A stretch of DNA of 64,000 bases from Hemiscyllium ocellatum (lineage: Eukaryota). Positions 48,258 to 62,204 of this stretch are shown in pieces (within the stretch, counting starts at the first letter, position 1; each line of letters begins with the position of its first letter). The DNA is taken from the NCBI RefSeq assembly GCF_020745735.1, contig NC_083436.1, positions 7,773,299 to 7,837,298 on the forward strand, in the 5' to 3' direction. The notes under the pieces were generated by a model. The model worked only from the letters and a program-made list of their open reading frames with translations, ran no database searches and was not told the DNA's origin. Both the position numbers and the translations under genes were made by a program.

Positions 48258-48548
48258 CACGGTGGTACAGTGGTTAGCACTGCTGCCTCACAGCGCCAGA
48301 GACCCGGGTTCAATTCCTGCCTCAGGTGACTCTCTGTGTGGAGTTTGCACATTCTCCCCGTGTCTGCATGGGTTTCCTCCCACAATCCAAAAAATGTGCA
48401 GGTTAGGTGAATTGGCCATGCTAAATTGCCCGTAGTGTTAGGTGAAGGGGTAAATGTAGGGGAATGGGTCTGGGTGGGTTGCACTTCAGCAGGTTGGTGT
48501 GGATTTGTTGGGCCGAAGGGCCTGTTTCCACACTGTAATCTAATCTAA
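48258..48548 (+). mobile_element. HE1/V-SINE
   Basis: Head, V-domain, (TAATC)n tail. Confidence 0.9.
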
Positions 48549-49180
48549 ACTTATCCAGGCAGGTTTTTGAGATCATCTCCGTTGGTCTAAGCTTCCTCTC
48601 AGCTGGGATGTTTATATTCACTACTAGATGGATACAAACCATTGGTAAACATCCAACAAAACTTCCTACAAAAATACTAGTTAATAAACTTGTTCCTATT
48701 TAAATTCCAGTTGAAATATTAGTGAATATTTGATGTAAATATCTGAGTAATTACACTATACTGAGGAAGGCCTGCAGTAAAGCATAGTAATACACAACGT
48801 CCCCTCCATCGTGTAAGCAAACATTGTTAATATTTATCTTATTTTCAGGTTTTATTGCTCTCTCCTTTAAATCTGCCATTTTCACCCTCTTCTAAAATAA
48901 ACAACTCTTGACCACGATCATTATCATTGCAAACTGCTGCCCATCTCCATAGTACCATTCCTCTCCAAAGTCCTTCAATTTATTGGCACCATCCAAAACA
49001 ATTTCTTCGTCTAGAATTCCAAATTTAAATTTCTCTAATTAGATTCCAATCTTGATTGGAAATGATTGTTATCAAACCCAGGATGATATTCAACATCATT
49101 GGGATAAATAAAGTATTCCTCCTCCTTCCTAACCTGTCTGCAACCTGTGACGTGTTTGAATACATCATCACGAAAGCTCA

Positions 49181-49498
49181 TTGGTTAGCACTGCTGCCTC
49201 ACAGCGCCACGGACCTGGGTTTAATTCCAGCCTTGGGCGACTGTCTGTGTGGAGTTTGCACATCTCCCCACATCTGCATAGGTTTCTTCCAGGTGCTCCA
49301 GTTTCCTCTCTTAATCCAAAGATATGCAGGTTAGGTGAACTGGCCATGCTAAATTGCTCATAACGTTCAGGGATGTGGACGTTAGGTGCATTAGTTAGGG
49401 GTAAATATAAGGTAAAGGGGTTTGGGTGGGAGACTCTCCTGAGGGTCGGCATGGACTTGTTGGGCCAAAGGGCCTATTTCCACACTGTAGGGATTCTG
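49181..49498 (+). mobile_element. HE1/V-SINE
   Basis: Head, V-domain, tail. Confidence 0.85.
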
Positions 49499-52390
49499 AG
49501 ATCCCCCACCAATGCCTCTTTACTGTCGTCCAACTGGGTGGGACTACAATTGCAGGATTCCATTCTTATCGATCTAATAGATGGTTGGGACAGTTAGCTC
49601 AGTTGGCAGGACAGCTGGTTTGTGACACAGTGTGATACCAACGGTGTGGGCTCAGTTCCCATACTGGCTGAGGTTACCATGACAGGTCTTACCTTCTCAA
49701 CCTCATCCCTCGCCTGAAGTATGGTGACCCACAGATTAAACGACTACCATCCATCTGTAATGGGGGAGTGACACTATGGTGCCAATACATTGGAGAAGAT
49801 TGGGATGATGGAGATGGACAGCAGGGTGCAATAATAATGATGGTAATCAAGAGTTGTTTTTTGAGAAGGAGGTGAACATGGTCGATTTAAAGGAGAGAGT
49901 AATTCGACATGAAGGTAAGAGAAATATTAACAATACTTATTAATATGATGGAGGAGAAATTATGTATTACTATGTTTTACTGTAAACTTTAGCCAGTATA
50001 GAATAATTACTCAGATATTTAATCTTTTATTTGCTCATATTTAAACTGGAATGAAATGGTAATAAGATTATCAAATGGTATTTTTGTTGAAGGTTGTCTT
50101 TTTATATTTACCAATTGTTTGTTTCCATCTAGTGGCGACTATGAAAACCTCAGCTGAGAGGAAGATTAGACCAAAAGAAATGGTCCCTTTATCTCGTCAT
50201 ATATGAAAACATCACTTTCAATGACCTCTTTTCCTGTTTCCTGTTCTGAGCTCTGCTGTCCTATAAGGATTTATCCTGGTCACTCTCTTGTTTCCCATCT
50301 ACATGGTGACCTCCAGCAACATCTGAAAGCACAGTAATAGTTTACACATGGATGCTGATGGCAGTCAGTTCGAACGTACCACGTTAGTCCACCCTTCCAT
50401 TTCTGCTGAATTATCAGTCTGCTTCTCAAACAAACAGTCCTGAAGGAACAGACACTTCTTCCAATTAAATTTCTGGGAAAAGGATGAAACCATTATTTTC
50501 AGTCACTGAATCCCAAGCTGCCGACACCATCCTTTCTCCTGGCAACATTTTGAGTGTAAACCATACTGTTCATTACTTTGGTGACATAGGCGTTAATCTA
50601 CTGACAATACATTCACATTATTACAAAGACTACCTATCTCTACTCCCTTAACAGTGTTGGAATTCACCCTGTTTCAACTCATCTGCTGCTAAATTCCTTA
50701 TTGTTATTTTCTGCACATCTAGGGTTGACTACTCAACATACTCCAGGCTGAACTCCCACATGCCTGAGGTAAATTTGAGGTTCATCTAAGACCCTGTTAC
50801 TCAAGTCCTAACACACAAAGGTTCTTTCACTTTACATCTCTGTGTTCGTTCACCTGCATTGATCAAATAATGTCCTCTTAAAAAACTCGCTCACTGTCTG
50901 TGTAATCTCTAGCTGCCCCCCAACCCACCTCACACAAATATCTCTGCTAATTAAATCTGGCCCCGGAGCTGCCCCAGTTGTAATCATAGAGTCATAGAGA
51001 TGTACAGCACGGAAACAGACCCTTTCCACCTTGCTTATTCCTTTAAGATATTTTGTAAAACCTACATCCCCTTAAAAGTGTTTTAGTAATGTTATGTTTT
51101 ATTTTGCTGTGGTTGGGTATAAACATTCCTGCTTCGGTTGTTAAATAGGAGGTAAGCCCTAAGGGCATTTTGATCCAGTCCTATAGTGATGAACACAATG
51201 TTAAATTACCCATTCTGTCATTTTAAAAAGAACCACAATGTGATCAATCAAAGTAAACAGGCCATCTACAAGCATTTCACAAAACCTATTCCAGCACCTG
51301 GATCATTTAAAATCTCTATTGCAATCATCATTTGGCAAAGAATTTATTGGACATTTTAGTCAAATATTGGCATTTAATGACAATTCGTTAATGTCCAAAT
51401 CTGAAAGGGAATCGATTGGCAATCCTGGATCTATTCAGTTGGTTTATTTTGCTGACCATGTAAATGTGCCTTAGTGTCCACTTTACCCACATCTTTGACC
51501 TTCCAGCAAACATTCTGAAGTCTTGGTCATTACTGTCATAACATATACATTTAAAGCTTCTGTCGGTACACTAGCAGTCTACTTAGGAGCATTCAGTCAT
51601 CTCCTTTCTGTGCTTCATTGTACCTTTTGCTCCAATTTAGATGGGAATCACCTCCGATTGGATTGTCACAATATTTTATTATGTGGCATCAGTTCCATGT
51701 CACTTTATCAACAGAAATAATTTCTAATCTCGCATCTCTATTTGAACTAATTAATCTCCTGTCTACATCTTCAAGTACGACCTGCAATTTTAATTTGCCC
51801 TGATGTTGTGGTTATTGGGAAACGAATGGTGATGAAGGACCTCGTGGGATTTTTCACCAGAAATTGCTGTCAGACAACTACAAATCTCACAGAGACGTGT
51901 GAACACAGCATGCAGCTATGCGCTTCCTTAAGCAATCGTACCAATTATATTGAGGAATCGGTAATGGATAGCAGAGACTGAACAAGGTGCTGTCAGAATA
52001 ATACATGCAATGTCAATGTATGCTCAAAAAGGGAAGTTAAGGGAGGAAAAGGAAGATACATTGAGAGATGCCACTGAACCCAGAAGAATAAGTCAAGGGT
52101 ATTTAATATTTAGTTCAAATCTCCAATAATTGAAATCTGAGGGAATGAGACTCCACAATTACATAAGTTGATTTTCAACACCAGAGAGGTTATTTGGCAG
52201 TAACCAAGATTATCATGCTGCAGTAAGGGTACGTATACAGGAAACATTGAAAATTTAAGGCACAGAAGAGGTCATTCATCCCACTGTGTCTCATCCAGTG
52301 AAAAAGAGCTATCTAACCTAATTCCTTTTTCCAGTGCTTTGTAAAATAAACCTGTATGTAACCCTAATTCACTGTTTATAACTGGCAGAC

Positions 52391-53530
52391 GTGGCAGAGG
52401 ATGATACAATGTATCTGGAGGGTGGTGGGATGGAATGTGAGGATCAAGAGGTTTCTGCCCTTGGTGCGATTGGATGGGTGGGGTTTGAGGGCAGAGGGGC
52501 AGAGATGCCTCACCTCTATCCAAGGCCCCAAAGGATCCTTCCACATCTGACAGAAATTTACCTGTATTTCAACATGCGTCCTCTATTGTATACATTGTAC
52601 CTGATCATCCCCACCCTTGAACCCCACGCCTCCAATCGTAACAAGGATAGAACCCCTTTGGTCCTCACCTTCCACACCACCACCCTCCAGATACATTACA
52701 TCATCCTTCACCCCTTCCGCCACCCACAAACAGACTCCACCACAAGGGATAGACATTCCTCCCCACCCCATCTGCATTTCAGAGAGATAATTCCCTCTGT
52801 GACTCCCTTGTCAGATCCACACCCACCACCAAACAATGCCCCACTCTTGGCACCTTCCCCTCCCACGCAAGAAGTACAAAACCTGTGCCCACACCTTCCC
52901 CCTCACCTCCATCCAAAGCTCCAAAGGATCCTTTCACATCAACAGAAATTTACCTGTACTTCCACAGATGTTATCTACTGTCTCCGCTGCACCTGATGTG
53001 GTCTCCTCTACATTGGGGAGATAGGACGCCAACTTGCAGATCATTTCAGAGAACATTTCTGGGACACCTGCACTAAACAACCCCACCACCCTGTGGCTGA
53101 ACACTTTATGCCTCCTCCCAATGTGCCAAGGACTAGCAGGTCCTGGTCCTCCTCTGTCACCAAACTCTAACCATCCATCGCTTGGAGGAAGAAAGTCTCG
53201 TCTTCAGCCTTGGGACCCTGCAACCACACGGGATCAACATGAATTTCACCAGTTTCCTCATTTCCCCTCTCCCACCCTATCCCAGTGCGAAGCCACCAAC
53301 TTAGCACCATCCTCTTGGCCTGTCCATCTTCCTTCCCAGCTATCCGCTCCATCCTCCTCTCCAACTTATCACCTTGTCCCCACTTTTGTCTACCTATCCA
53401 GCTGTCTTTCCCCCACCCTCCCCATTTACCTCTCAGCCCCCTTGGCCCACAAGTCTCATTCCTGAAGGGCTTATGCCTGAAACATTGACTCCCCTGCTCC
53501 TCGGATGCTGCCTGACCTGCTGTTCTATTC
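52391..53530 (+). mobile_element. Older rearranged PLE (family A-related)
   Basis: RTPLVLTFH, KFTCTSTDVIYCLRC, frameshifted GIY-YIG, degenerate pLTR. 5' part inverted. Confidence 0.8.
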
Positions 53531-53579
53531 CAGCACCACATGCAGCTCTTTCAACCTGTTCTGTTATTCTATACGATCA

Positions 53580-56500
53580 TGGCTAATCTGATTGTGGTCT
53601 CAACTCCACTCCTGTTTGTCCCACACAACATCTGACTCTTTAATCCAGCAAGAATCTATCTCACTCAACCTTGAACATATTCAACAATCACGCCTCCATC
53701 AGTTCTTGGGGCAGAGAGTTCCAGAGGTGACCTCCAGTGAAGAAAAACTCTCTCCCTTTGTCTAAAGTGGGAGGCCTCTTATTTTTGAAATATGTCCAGT
53801 CTCTCCCATTAAGAGTCAACATTATTCAATTTTTATTGGAACCTTATACGTTTCAATAAGATCACCTCTGATCGTTCTAAGTTCTAATGAGTATAGGCCT
53901 AACTTGCCCAACAAGTCTTCATAATATATGTCTTGTGCCCCAGGAGGGGGCTAACCTTCTGTGAACTGTTAAGAATGTAATTTATTCTTTCCCAAGTAAA
54001 GAGACCAAACCTGTACATGCTACTCCTCATGTGATCTCAAGACCTTGTACAATTATACCATCCCATCCCTCCTTTTATATTCCTTTCTCCTTATAAGTGC
54101 TAACATTCCATTTGCCTTCCTCATCACTTGCTGTACCTACAAATTAATGTTTTATGATTCATTTTGCAGTATGTCCAGATCTTCCTGCAGCATTAAGTTC
54201 TACAATTTCTCTCCATGAAATATTTCAATTGGTGGTGAATTCTATAATTAGGGGGCAGAATTTTCTATTCTTCCTGCCAAATTGGATAAATGTACATTTT
54301 CCCATGTTTCATCTGCCAATTCCCAGTTACTTAATCTATCTATATTCCTCAGCTCTTTTTGACAAATTCCTGTCCTTTGTGTCAATGGTAAATTTACCCA
54401 TCGGACATTTGAGTCCCTTCATCAAAGCCATTATTCTAGGAACAGATGGAGTAGTCCATTCAACCCCTGGAATCTGTCCCACAATTCAATGTGATCTGTG
54501 GCCCAACTCCATCTACCTGCTTTGGGCCCATATTCCTCAATATCTTTGCCAAATTAAAAAATATCTATCGCAGATAAAATTAACAACTGATCTATCATCT
54601 GCTGCCATTTGTGTAAGAGAGTTTCAAACATAAGACCATAAGATATAGGAGTGGAAATAAGGCCACTTAGCCCATCAAGTCCACTCCACCATTCAATCAT
54701 GGCTGATGGGCATTTCAACGCCACATACCTGCACTCTCCCCATATCCCTTAATTCCTTGTAAGATTAAGAATTTATCAATCTCTGCCTTGAAGACACTTA
54801 ATGTCCCGGCCTCCACTGCACTCTGTGGCAATGAATTCTGGCTGAAGAAATGTCTCCTCATTTCCGTTCTAAATTGACCCCCGCTAATTCTAAGGCTGTG
54901 CCAACGGGTCCTAGTCTCCCCGCCTAAAGGAAACAAATTTCCAGCATCCACCCTTTCTAAGCCATGCATTATCTTGTAACAAATATCTACCATCTTTTGG
55001 GTATACAAGTGTTTCCTAACATCGCTCCTGAATGGTGCGGCCTTAATTTATACATTCTGCCCCCTAATTATAGAATTCACCACCAATTGAAATATTTCAT
55101 CTTTATCTGTCCCGTCCTTTCCTATACTAGCTTGAAGACTTTAATCAGGTCACTCCCTCACCTTCTAAATTCTCAATAAAACAGGCCTAATATGTATAAT
55201 CTGGCCTCATAACTTAAGTTTTGAAGTCCAGAAATCATCATTGCAAATCTACATTTTTCTCCCTCTAAGTCCAATATATCCTTCCAAAGGTGTGGTGTTC
55301 AGATCTGCTCACAGTACTCCAAGTGACGTGTAACCAGGATTTTGTATAACTGCAGCATAACTTCTGCATCATTGTACTCTAGCCCACTGATATAACGGTT
55401 AGAATTCCATTAGCTTTATTGATTATTTTCTGTACCTGTTTGTGACATTTTAAAGAACTATGCACCAAAATGGATAACTTCACATTTGATAATGTTGAAC
55501 TTCATCTGCTAGTTTTGCCCATTCACTTAGTCTATTAATATCCTTTTGTAATTTTATGCTCTCATCTACATGGTATTCAATGCTGCCTAACCATGTGTCA
55601 TCAGCAAAGTTAGGTATATGACTGTCTGAGCTATGTCACTAATAGTCATTAATACATAACATGAACAATTGAGGCCCCTCCACAGATCCTTGAGAGACAC
55701 CACTGGTCACATCCTGCCAATTTGAGTACTTACCCACTCTCCCTATTTTCTGTTGCTTGTTCCTCAATCAATTTCCAAGCCAGACCAATAATTTGCCCTT
55801 AATTCCATTGGCTTCTAACGTACTTAACAGTCTGTTATGTGGAACTTTATCAAATGCCTTCTGGAAGTCCATATAAACATCTATGGACATTCCCCTGTCC
55901 ACTACCTTAGTCACCTCTTCAAATATTTCAATGAGGTTTGTCAGTCATGACCCACCAAACATCAGGCTCCCCGATTAACCGAGAATAGGTGCTCAGCTAA
56001 CCCATTCTTGTTTACAGAATCCAACAATTTCCGAACCACAGATGGTAGGCTAACTGGTCTTTAATTCCCTGGCTTTTTTCTTTTTTTGCCCTTAGAGTCA
56101 TAAAGTCATAAGCACAGTACGGAAACAGACCCTACAGTCCAACTCGTCCACGCCGACCAGATATCTAACCTAATCTAGTCCCATTTGCCAGCACTTGGGC
56201 CCATATCCCTCTAAACCTTTCCTATTCAATACCCATCCAGATGCCTTTTATATGTTATAATTAGATCATAGAATATTACAGTGCAGTACAGGCCCTTCGG
56301 CCCTTGATGTTGTGCCTGACCCGTGAAACCAATTTGAAGCCCCTAACCTACACTACTCCATTTTCATCCGTATATCTATCCAATGACTACTTAAGTGCCC
56401 TCAATGTTGGCGAGTCTCCTACTGTTGCAGTCAGGCTCTCCCATGCTCCTACTATTCGAAGAAACTGCCTCTGATATCTGTCCTCTGACAATAGTACCAG

Positions 56501-57240
56501 CCTCCACCACTTCCTCTGGCAACTCATTCCATACATGCATCACCTTTTGCATGAAAATGTTGCCCTGGAGGTCTCTTTTAAATTTCTTGCCTCTGACCCT
56601 AAACCTATGCCCTCTAGTTCTGAACTCCCCCACCCCAGGGAAAAGACCTTGACTATTTACCCTATCCATGTCCCTCACCTCTATAAAGTCACCCCTCAGT
56701 CCCAGCCTACTCATCTTCTCCCTGTAGCTCAAACCCTCCAACCCTGGCAACATGCTTGTAAATTTTTTTCTGAGCCCTTTCAAGTTTCACAACCTTCCAT
56801 AGCAGGGAGACCACAATTGCACCCAACATTCCAAATTTAGGGAGACCAGAATTGCACACAACATTCTAAGTGTGGCCTAACCAATGTCCTGTCCAGTCGA
56901 AACCCTTCTTAAAAATGGAGTTACAAGTGCAATTTTCTAATCCAAAGGGAAGACTTGCTTCCCTTAACACCCTCAGATGGAAGCCATCAGTTCCCAGGGA
57001 TCTCTCACTCTTTGATTCCATTCATTTTTTCGTTATTAATGTCCCACCCCTTATCCAGTATGAATCTCCTCGGGACCTCCAGCAAACTACCCTCCTCTTC
57101 TATCCTGAGTTCTGAGGCAAGGTTATTACTTAACATGTCTGCCATTTCCCCATAGTCATTGACAAGATCCCCTTTGAGTCTTTAATGTGCCAACATTGCT
57201 CCTGACCACCCATTTCTAATATATCTGGCGATAGGCAGTA
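53580..57240 (-). mobile_element. Cluster of several CR1 LINE fragments
   Basis: Repeated CR1 3' ends (e.g. ETRTRWHSLRI...RRHFFSQ, FRTRGHRFRV) and tails at ~54630, ~56095 and ~56260. Confidence 0.75.
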
Positions 57241-57318
57241 TACATTGCTACCACAGTGCATTAGTGATGGATTACTTACAAATGAAGCAGTCCACAATGT
57301 TCTGGATGCTGCTAGTTT

Positions 57319-57570
57319 TAGATTAGATTAGATTCCCTACAGGTCCTTCGGCCCAAGTCCACCCCCCTCCCCTTTACTAACGCAACTAACACTTTGGGCA
57401 ATTTATCATGGCCAATTCAGCTGACCTGCACATCTTTGGACTGTGGGAGGAAATCCACGCAGACATGGGGAGAATGTGCAAACTCCACACAGTTGCCTGA
57501 GGCTGGAATCAAACCTGGGACCCAGGTGCTGTGAGGTAACAGTGCTAACCACTAAGCCACCATGCCACCC
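57319..57570 (-). mobile_element. HE1/V-SINE
   Basis: (TAGAT)n tail, V-domain, head. Confidence 0.85.
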
Positions 57571-57944
57571 ATTCTGGTTTCTCGAGTGTTGCTTGAGTCA
57601 TACCCAGTCAGACAAGTGAAGAGAATTTCATTGCACTTCTGATTCGTCCCTCACTGAGAGTGGACACAAGAGGCTTTGGGAAACCAGCAAGTGAGATACT
57701 CTCTGCAGGACTGCCAGATTCACTAAGTGTTTACATGACCGGCCCAGCTAAGAGGTTGGAGGACGGTAAGCTCGGACTGTTGATGTTTTGGGGCTGAGTG
57801 ACGGTAACACCAAGAGAAGTCAAAGAAAGATGTTTAGGTTCTCTCTTGTCAAAGATGATCATTGGTACTTGGGTGACAGGAATATCACATCCCAAGAGTG
57901 AATGATGAGGCCTTGATGCAGGTGTTAGAGGAAAATACAAACCA

Positions 57945-58630
57945 CTGTAAAACAAAGAGACCCTAGGGATTCATATACATAATTCTTTGAAGTTTGCATC
58001 ACATGCAGATAGAGTTGTTAAAAAGGCATACTGCACACTTGCCTTCCTTGTTCAGATCTTTGTGTAGAAGAGGTGGGAAGTCATGTTGAGGTTGCATAGG
58101 ACACTGGTGAATCCTCTTCAGGAGTACTGTGTGGAGTTCTGCTCACACTGTTATATTATCAAGCTGGAGAGGGGGCTGAAAAGACCTATCAGGACGTTGC
58201 CAGGAACGCAAGGTTTCAGTTATAAGGACTGGCTGGATAGACTGGGACTTTTTCCATTAGAGCATAGAAGGTTGAGGGATGCCCCTATTATAGAGATTTC
58301 AAAATTGTGAGGGGTATGGATAAGGTGAATGGCAGGTCTCTTTTCCCTAGGGTGGGGGAGTTCAAGCCATATAATTAAGGTGAGATGAGAAAGACTGAAA
58401 AAGGACTTGAGGGGCAACCTTTTTACACAGACAGTGGTTCATGTGTGGAATGAACCTCCAAAGGAAGTGCTGGATGCAGGTATAGTTTCAATGTTTACAA
58501 GACATCTATATAGGTACATGACTAGGAAAGGTTTGGAAGGATATGGCCCAAGGATCCGGGACTAGTTTAGTTTGGGATTATGGTTAGCAGAGACTGGTTG
58601 GACTGAAGGGTATATTTCCATGTTTGATGA
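57945..58630 (+). mobile_element. CR1 LINE 3' fragment
   Basis: LHRTLVNPLQEYCVEFCS...LDRLGLFPLE.RRLR; CR1 3'UTR. Confidence 0.8.
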
Positions 58631-61600
58631 CAGGGTGACTCTTACCTCCTCCTTTCTCTCACATTCTTGTTCGCAACATCTCTATGATGCATTTTACGCC
58701 AAGCACCAGATCAGGCAAGTCTTACCATTCTTTAGTGAGTTTTCGGCAACTATGCCACATAAATGTAAGGAATAGATGCTGTTATAGAAATTCTGGAAAT
58801 AGTGAATTATTCAGAAAGTGACCATTATCACACAGACTTTGAAGGAGTTTGTTGATCAATTGCCACATAAATAACAGTGAACGTTGTTAGCGTCACCATT
58901 AATTTTACACCAAAATCTGGCCTAACCATACTGTCTAACAGTGAATCAGTGTTTGGATATTCTAGGTGAATGGAGTGCATGATTCTTGATAGGGAAGTGA
59001 CTACAAGGAGTCAAAGTATATGACACTGATTAGATTCTTGGCAAAGGCATAATCAGAATCACATATTTTGATTGCCTCCTTGGAAATCCAGTGTGAAATG
59101 TTGTCTAATGCAGAGGCAGCATAACAAATAGCATTCCTTCATCAAATGTGAAGGTTAACAATTACATTAATTATTTTCTGCTCATTCACAGTAGGCAAGG
59201 AATTAACTGTTAACTTCACATAGTTGTCTGCTAAAATAATCTGCAGGTAACATGTTATAAGTGTATCAAGAGGCAATCTGTATAAAGTACATAGCTCAAA
59301 TTGTATTGACAACAACATTGTTCTATCAAAAACAAAATCAAAAACAACAATTTCACTGGCCCAAACTTTCAGCACACCTGAGATCCTCTCTGCAGTGTGA
59401 AACCCAGGCAGTAAAACCATGAGATGTGAAAGCAGAAATGGTCCCTTCAGCCCAATCAGTCTACTCCACCATTCAATAAGATCCTGGCTGACTTCAGAAC
59501 TGGTGTACAATGACTCCCAGGTCTTGTTGCACCTCGCCCTTTCCCAAATCTCTCATCATTCAGATCATAATCGGTGTTCCTGCCTCTGCTCCTGAAGTGG
59601 ATAACCTCCCAGTTTCCACTGGAGGATGAAACGAGAACATGGGGCCACAGCCTCAAAACAAGACGGAGCAGATTTAGGACTGAGTTGAGGAGGAACTTCT
59701 TCACCCAAAGGGTTGTGAATCCGTGGAATTCCCTGCCCAGTGAAGCAGTTGCTGCTTCCTTGTTTAATGTCTTTAAAGCGAAGAATTTCTGAACGGTAAA
59801 AGAATTGAGGGTTACGGTGAGCAGGTGGGTAAGTGGAGCTAAGTCCAAGAAAAGATCAGCTTCTGTGCTGATGAATTCCAATCTAAAACTCATTAAATCA
59901 TAGATGCATTAGCTTGGAAAATAAAGTCTCTGAAAAACAAAGTTTTTGAATTAAACCAATTATTATTGGCTTCTTAGATTGGTGCTGCAAAGTGAATTTG
60001 TGTACTCCCTTTGTTGCACAGTCAGTGTTTTGGTAGTCTGTATCCTGGTGTGTTTGTCAACATTCATTTTAAACAGAAATATTCAGGGAAACGAAATGGG
60101 CGGAGCAACACCTGAAGAATGTTGGAGTGTTATTTGCTTACAATTTTTTTTTAATTTTAATTATATTTTATAAAAGGGGCTGCAAATGTGACACTCAATT
60201 CTGATAAATTTGCTTTATGCTCAATAGTTAAAATTTTCAATTTGGATTTAGAGAATGAAAGATGTATCTATCATAATTTAATTAGAATCTGGAAGTAAAA
60301 TATTGAGATAAATTTTGGGATTAAAATAACAAAAACATAGACAAAGACCAAACCACGTCATTTAATGAATGAATTACCAAGATGAAAATTTCAGGAAAGC
60401 TAGGAAAATATTCTTTTGCCCTTTTCTTCGAGAGTTATGTAAAGTAGCGAGGTTAAACAAATCAGGATAATACTCTCTGGAATTTGAATGGTTAGAGCTA
60501 TTTGAACTTTGTCCCTGTGCTCCTCTCTCTTTCTTCATCCCATTGGCAGTCCTGCAAAACCCCAAAGTCTGAAATTCCCTCTAAATCAGGTCTCTTCCTT
60601 CAGTCTCTCTGCTTTTTTAAAGTGTTTTCTAAAACCTGCCTCTGACCAAAGTTTTAGTCATCCCTCCAACCATTTCCATCATCATCTTTTGTCGTTGTTG
60701 TTTGATTTCTTTCCTGTGGCACAGGAAAGAAATCACAGTAAATTTTTGTTGTTCTTGTAAACACCCTTCCCCCAGCCTGCATGCAAGACAGTTGATCCCA
60801 ACAGCCTTATTCAGTAGTTGAATCCCCTTTGGTATTAGTAGGGGGATGATAGTTGCTTATGTCATCAAATGGCTTTTTACTCTCCATTGGTCATTAACAC
60901 ATCAGTTCAGATGCTGATCTGATAGGAACAGTTGGGCGTGTACACTTGGCTCACACTGTATCCACCAACATGTAGGAGGTTTCACTCACCGAGGTCACTG
61001 GTGCAATTCCATGGGCCCATGCCAGCTCTGTGGTAGTCCTAACCATCATCATAACACGCTCCAATCTCTAGCTACTACAAGCTGTGGTCTATTCAGCAGT
61101 GGCATTTATGTTCAATTAACAGTATGTACATATGTAGGAAAAACATCAACATGAAATCAACAAATGTTTGTGCCAAAGTTATTTGGAAAATAAGTGCAAC
61201 CATATATTTGATGTTCAATCAACTGATTGAATTCCAGTGTTAGACTCAATAACAAGATCTTGAAACTGCTTAACTTAACATTGATTCAGAACAGTTAAAG
61301 GGAAGCAACTGCTTTAAGTTAAGCTCAAGATGCATATTGGTATTCTCTCTACCCCTCTGAGCTCACAGACCTGGATTCAAGTTCCACTTGCTCTAGAGGT
61401 GCATAATAATATCTCTAGACAGGAAAGAAAAATATCTACTTGTTGACTCCCCTTCTTGCAACTGTATTACAATGTCCAATGCTCATTATTTGCAGGCTGC
61501 AATAGTGTACCTGATTGACATATTAAACAATAAAGTAACCCTGAAGGTTAATCAGGGCAAAGAAAAACACAACGCCTTGGTCTATTGCTATGACAGAAAT

Positions 61601-62141
61601 GAGTATGTTTAATACTGATTGGCCTCCTTCATTTACTTGGTTCCCTCAGGAGCAAAGCAAAGACAATATCTGGTAGTTAGTTAATCTCAAAAAGCTCCAA
61701 CTTCAACCTTATACATTTACATTTAGTTTCAAATTACTCATTATATTTCATTGACATACTGCTATGACAGTAATAAATTGTTAAACTGGCAGCTGCATTA
61801 ACTACTTGATTATGGTGAATAGCAAGCTTAGATTGCAAAGTGAATAAATGCAATAGAATGAACACCTTTGAGATCAGAGAGGAATTATTCATCTCGGTGA
61901 CAGTCTTCTGCCATGTAAGACAATGGTTTGTGTCATGGTAGTCAATATTAATTATATAAATCACAAATGAAGAAAGAGGAACTATCAGAGACCTCCCTCA
62001 AAAGTGCTAAAAATAATTTCTTATGCATGCTTTACAAGCTTTAGTTCCTAAAAAAATTGCATTACAATAATATCTGCTTAATTAATCATACAGGCCAAAG
62101 CCTCAAATCTATATGTGGAATTGATTAAATCATAAGTGGCA

Positions 62142-62204
62142 TTATTGATCTTCACCGCCACACATACTGAGAAGGGCATTCCTGTAATCGCCCGATGTAT
62201 CGTT
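62142..62204 (-). CDS. Annexin, terminal coding exon (NDTSGDYRNALLSMCGGEDQ*); paralogue not assigned
   Basis: Minus-strand acceptor ttttctttctctgcag|, phase 0. DTSGDY..ALL..CGG.D is the annexin repeat-4 C-terminus. Upstream exons were not found in the window. Confidence 0.9.
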   Translation of the reverse strand, partial: NDTSGDYRNALLSMCGGEDQ

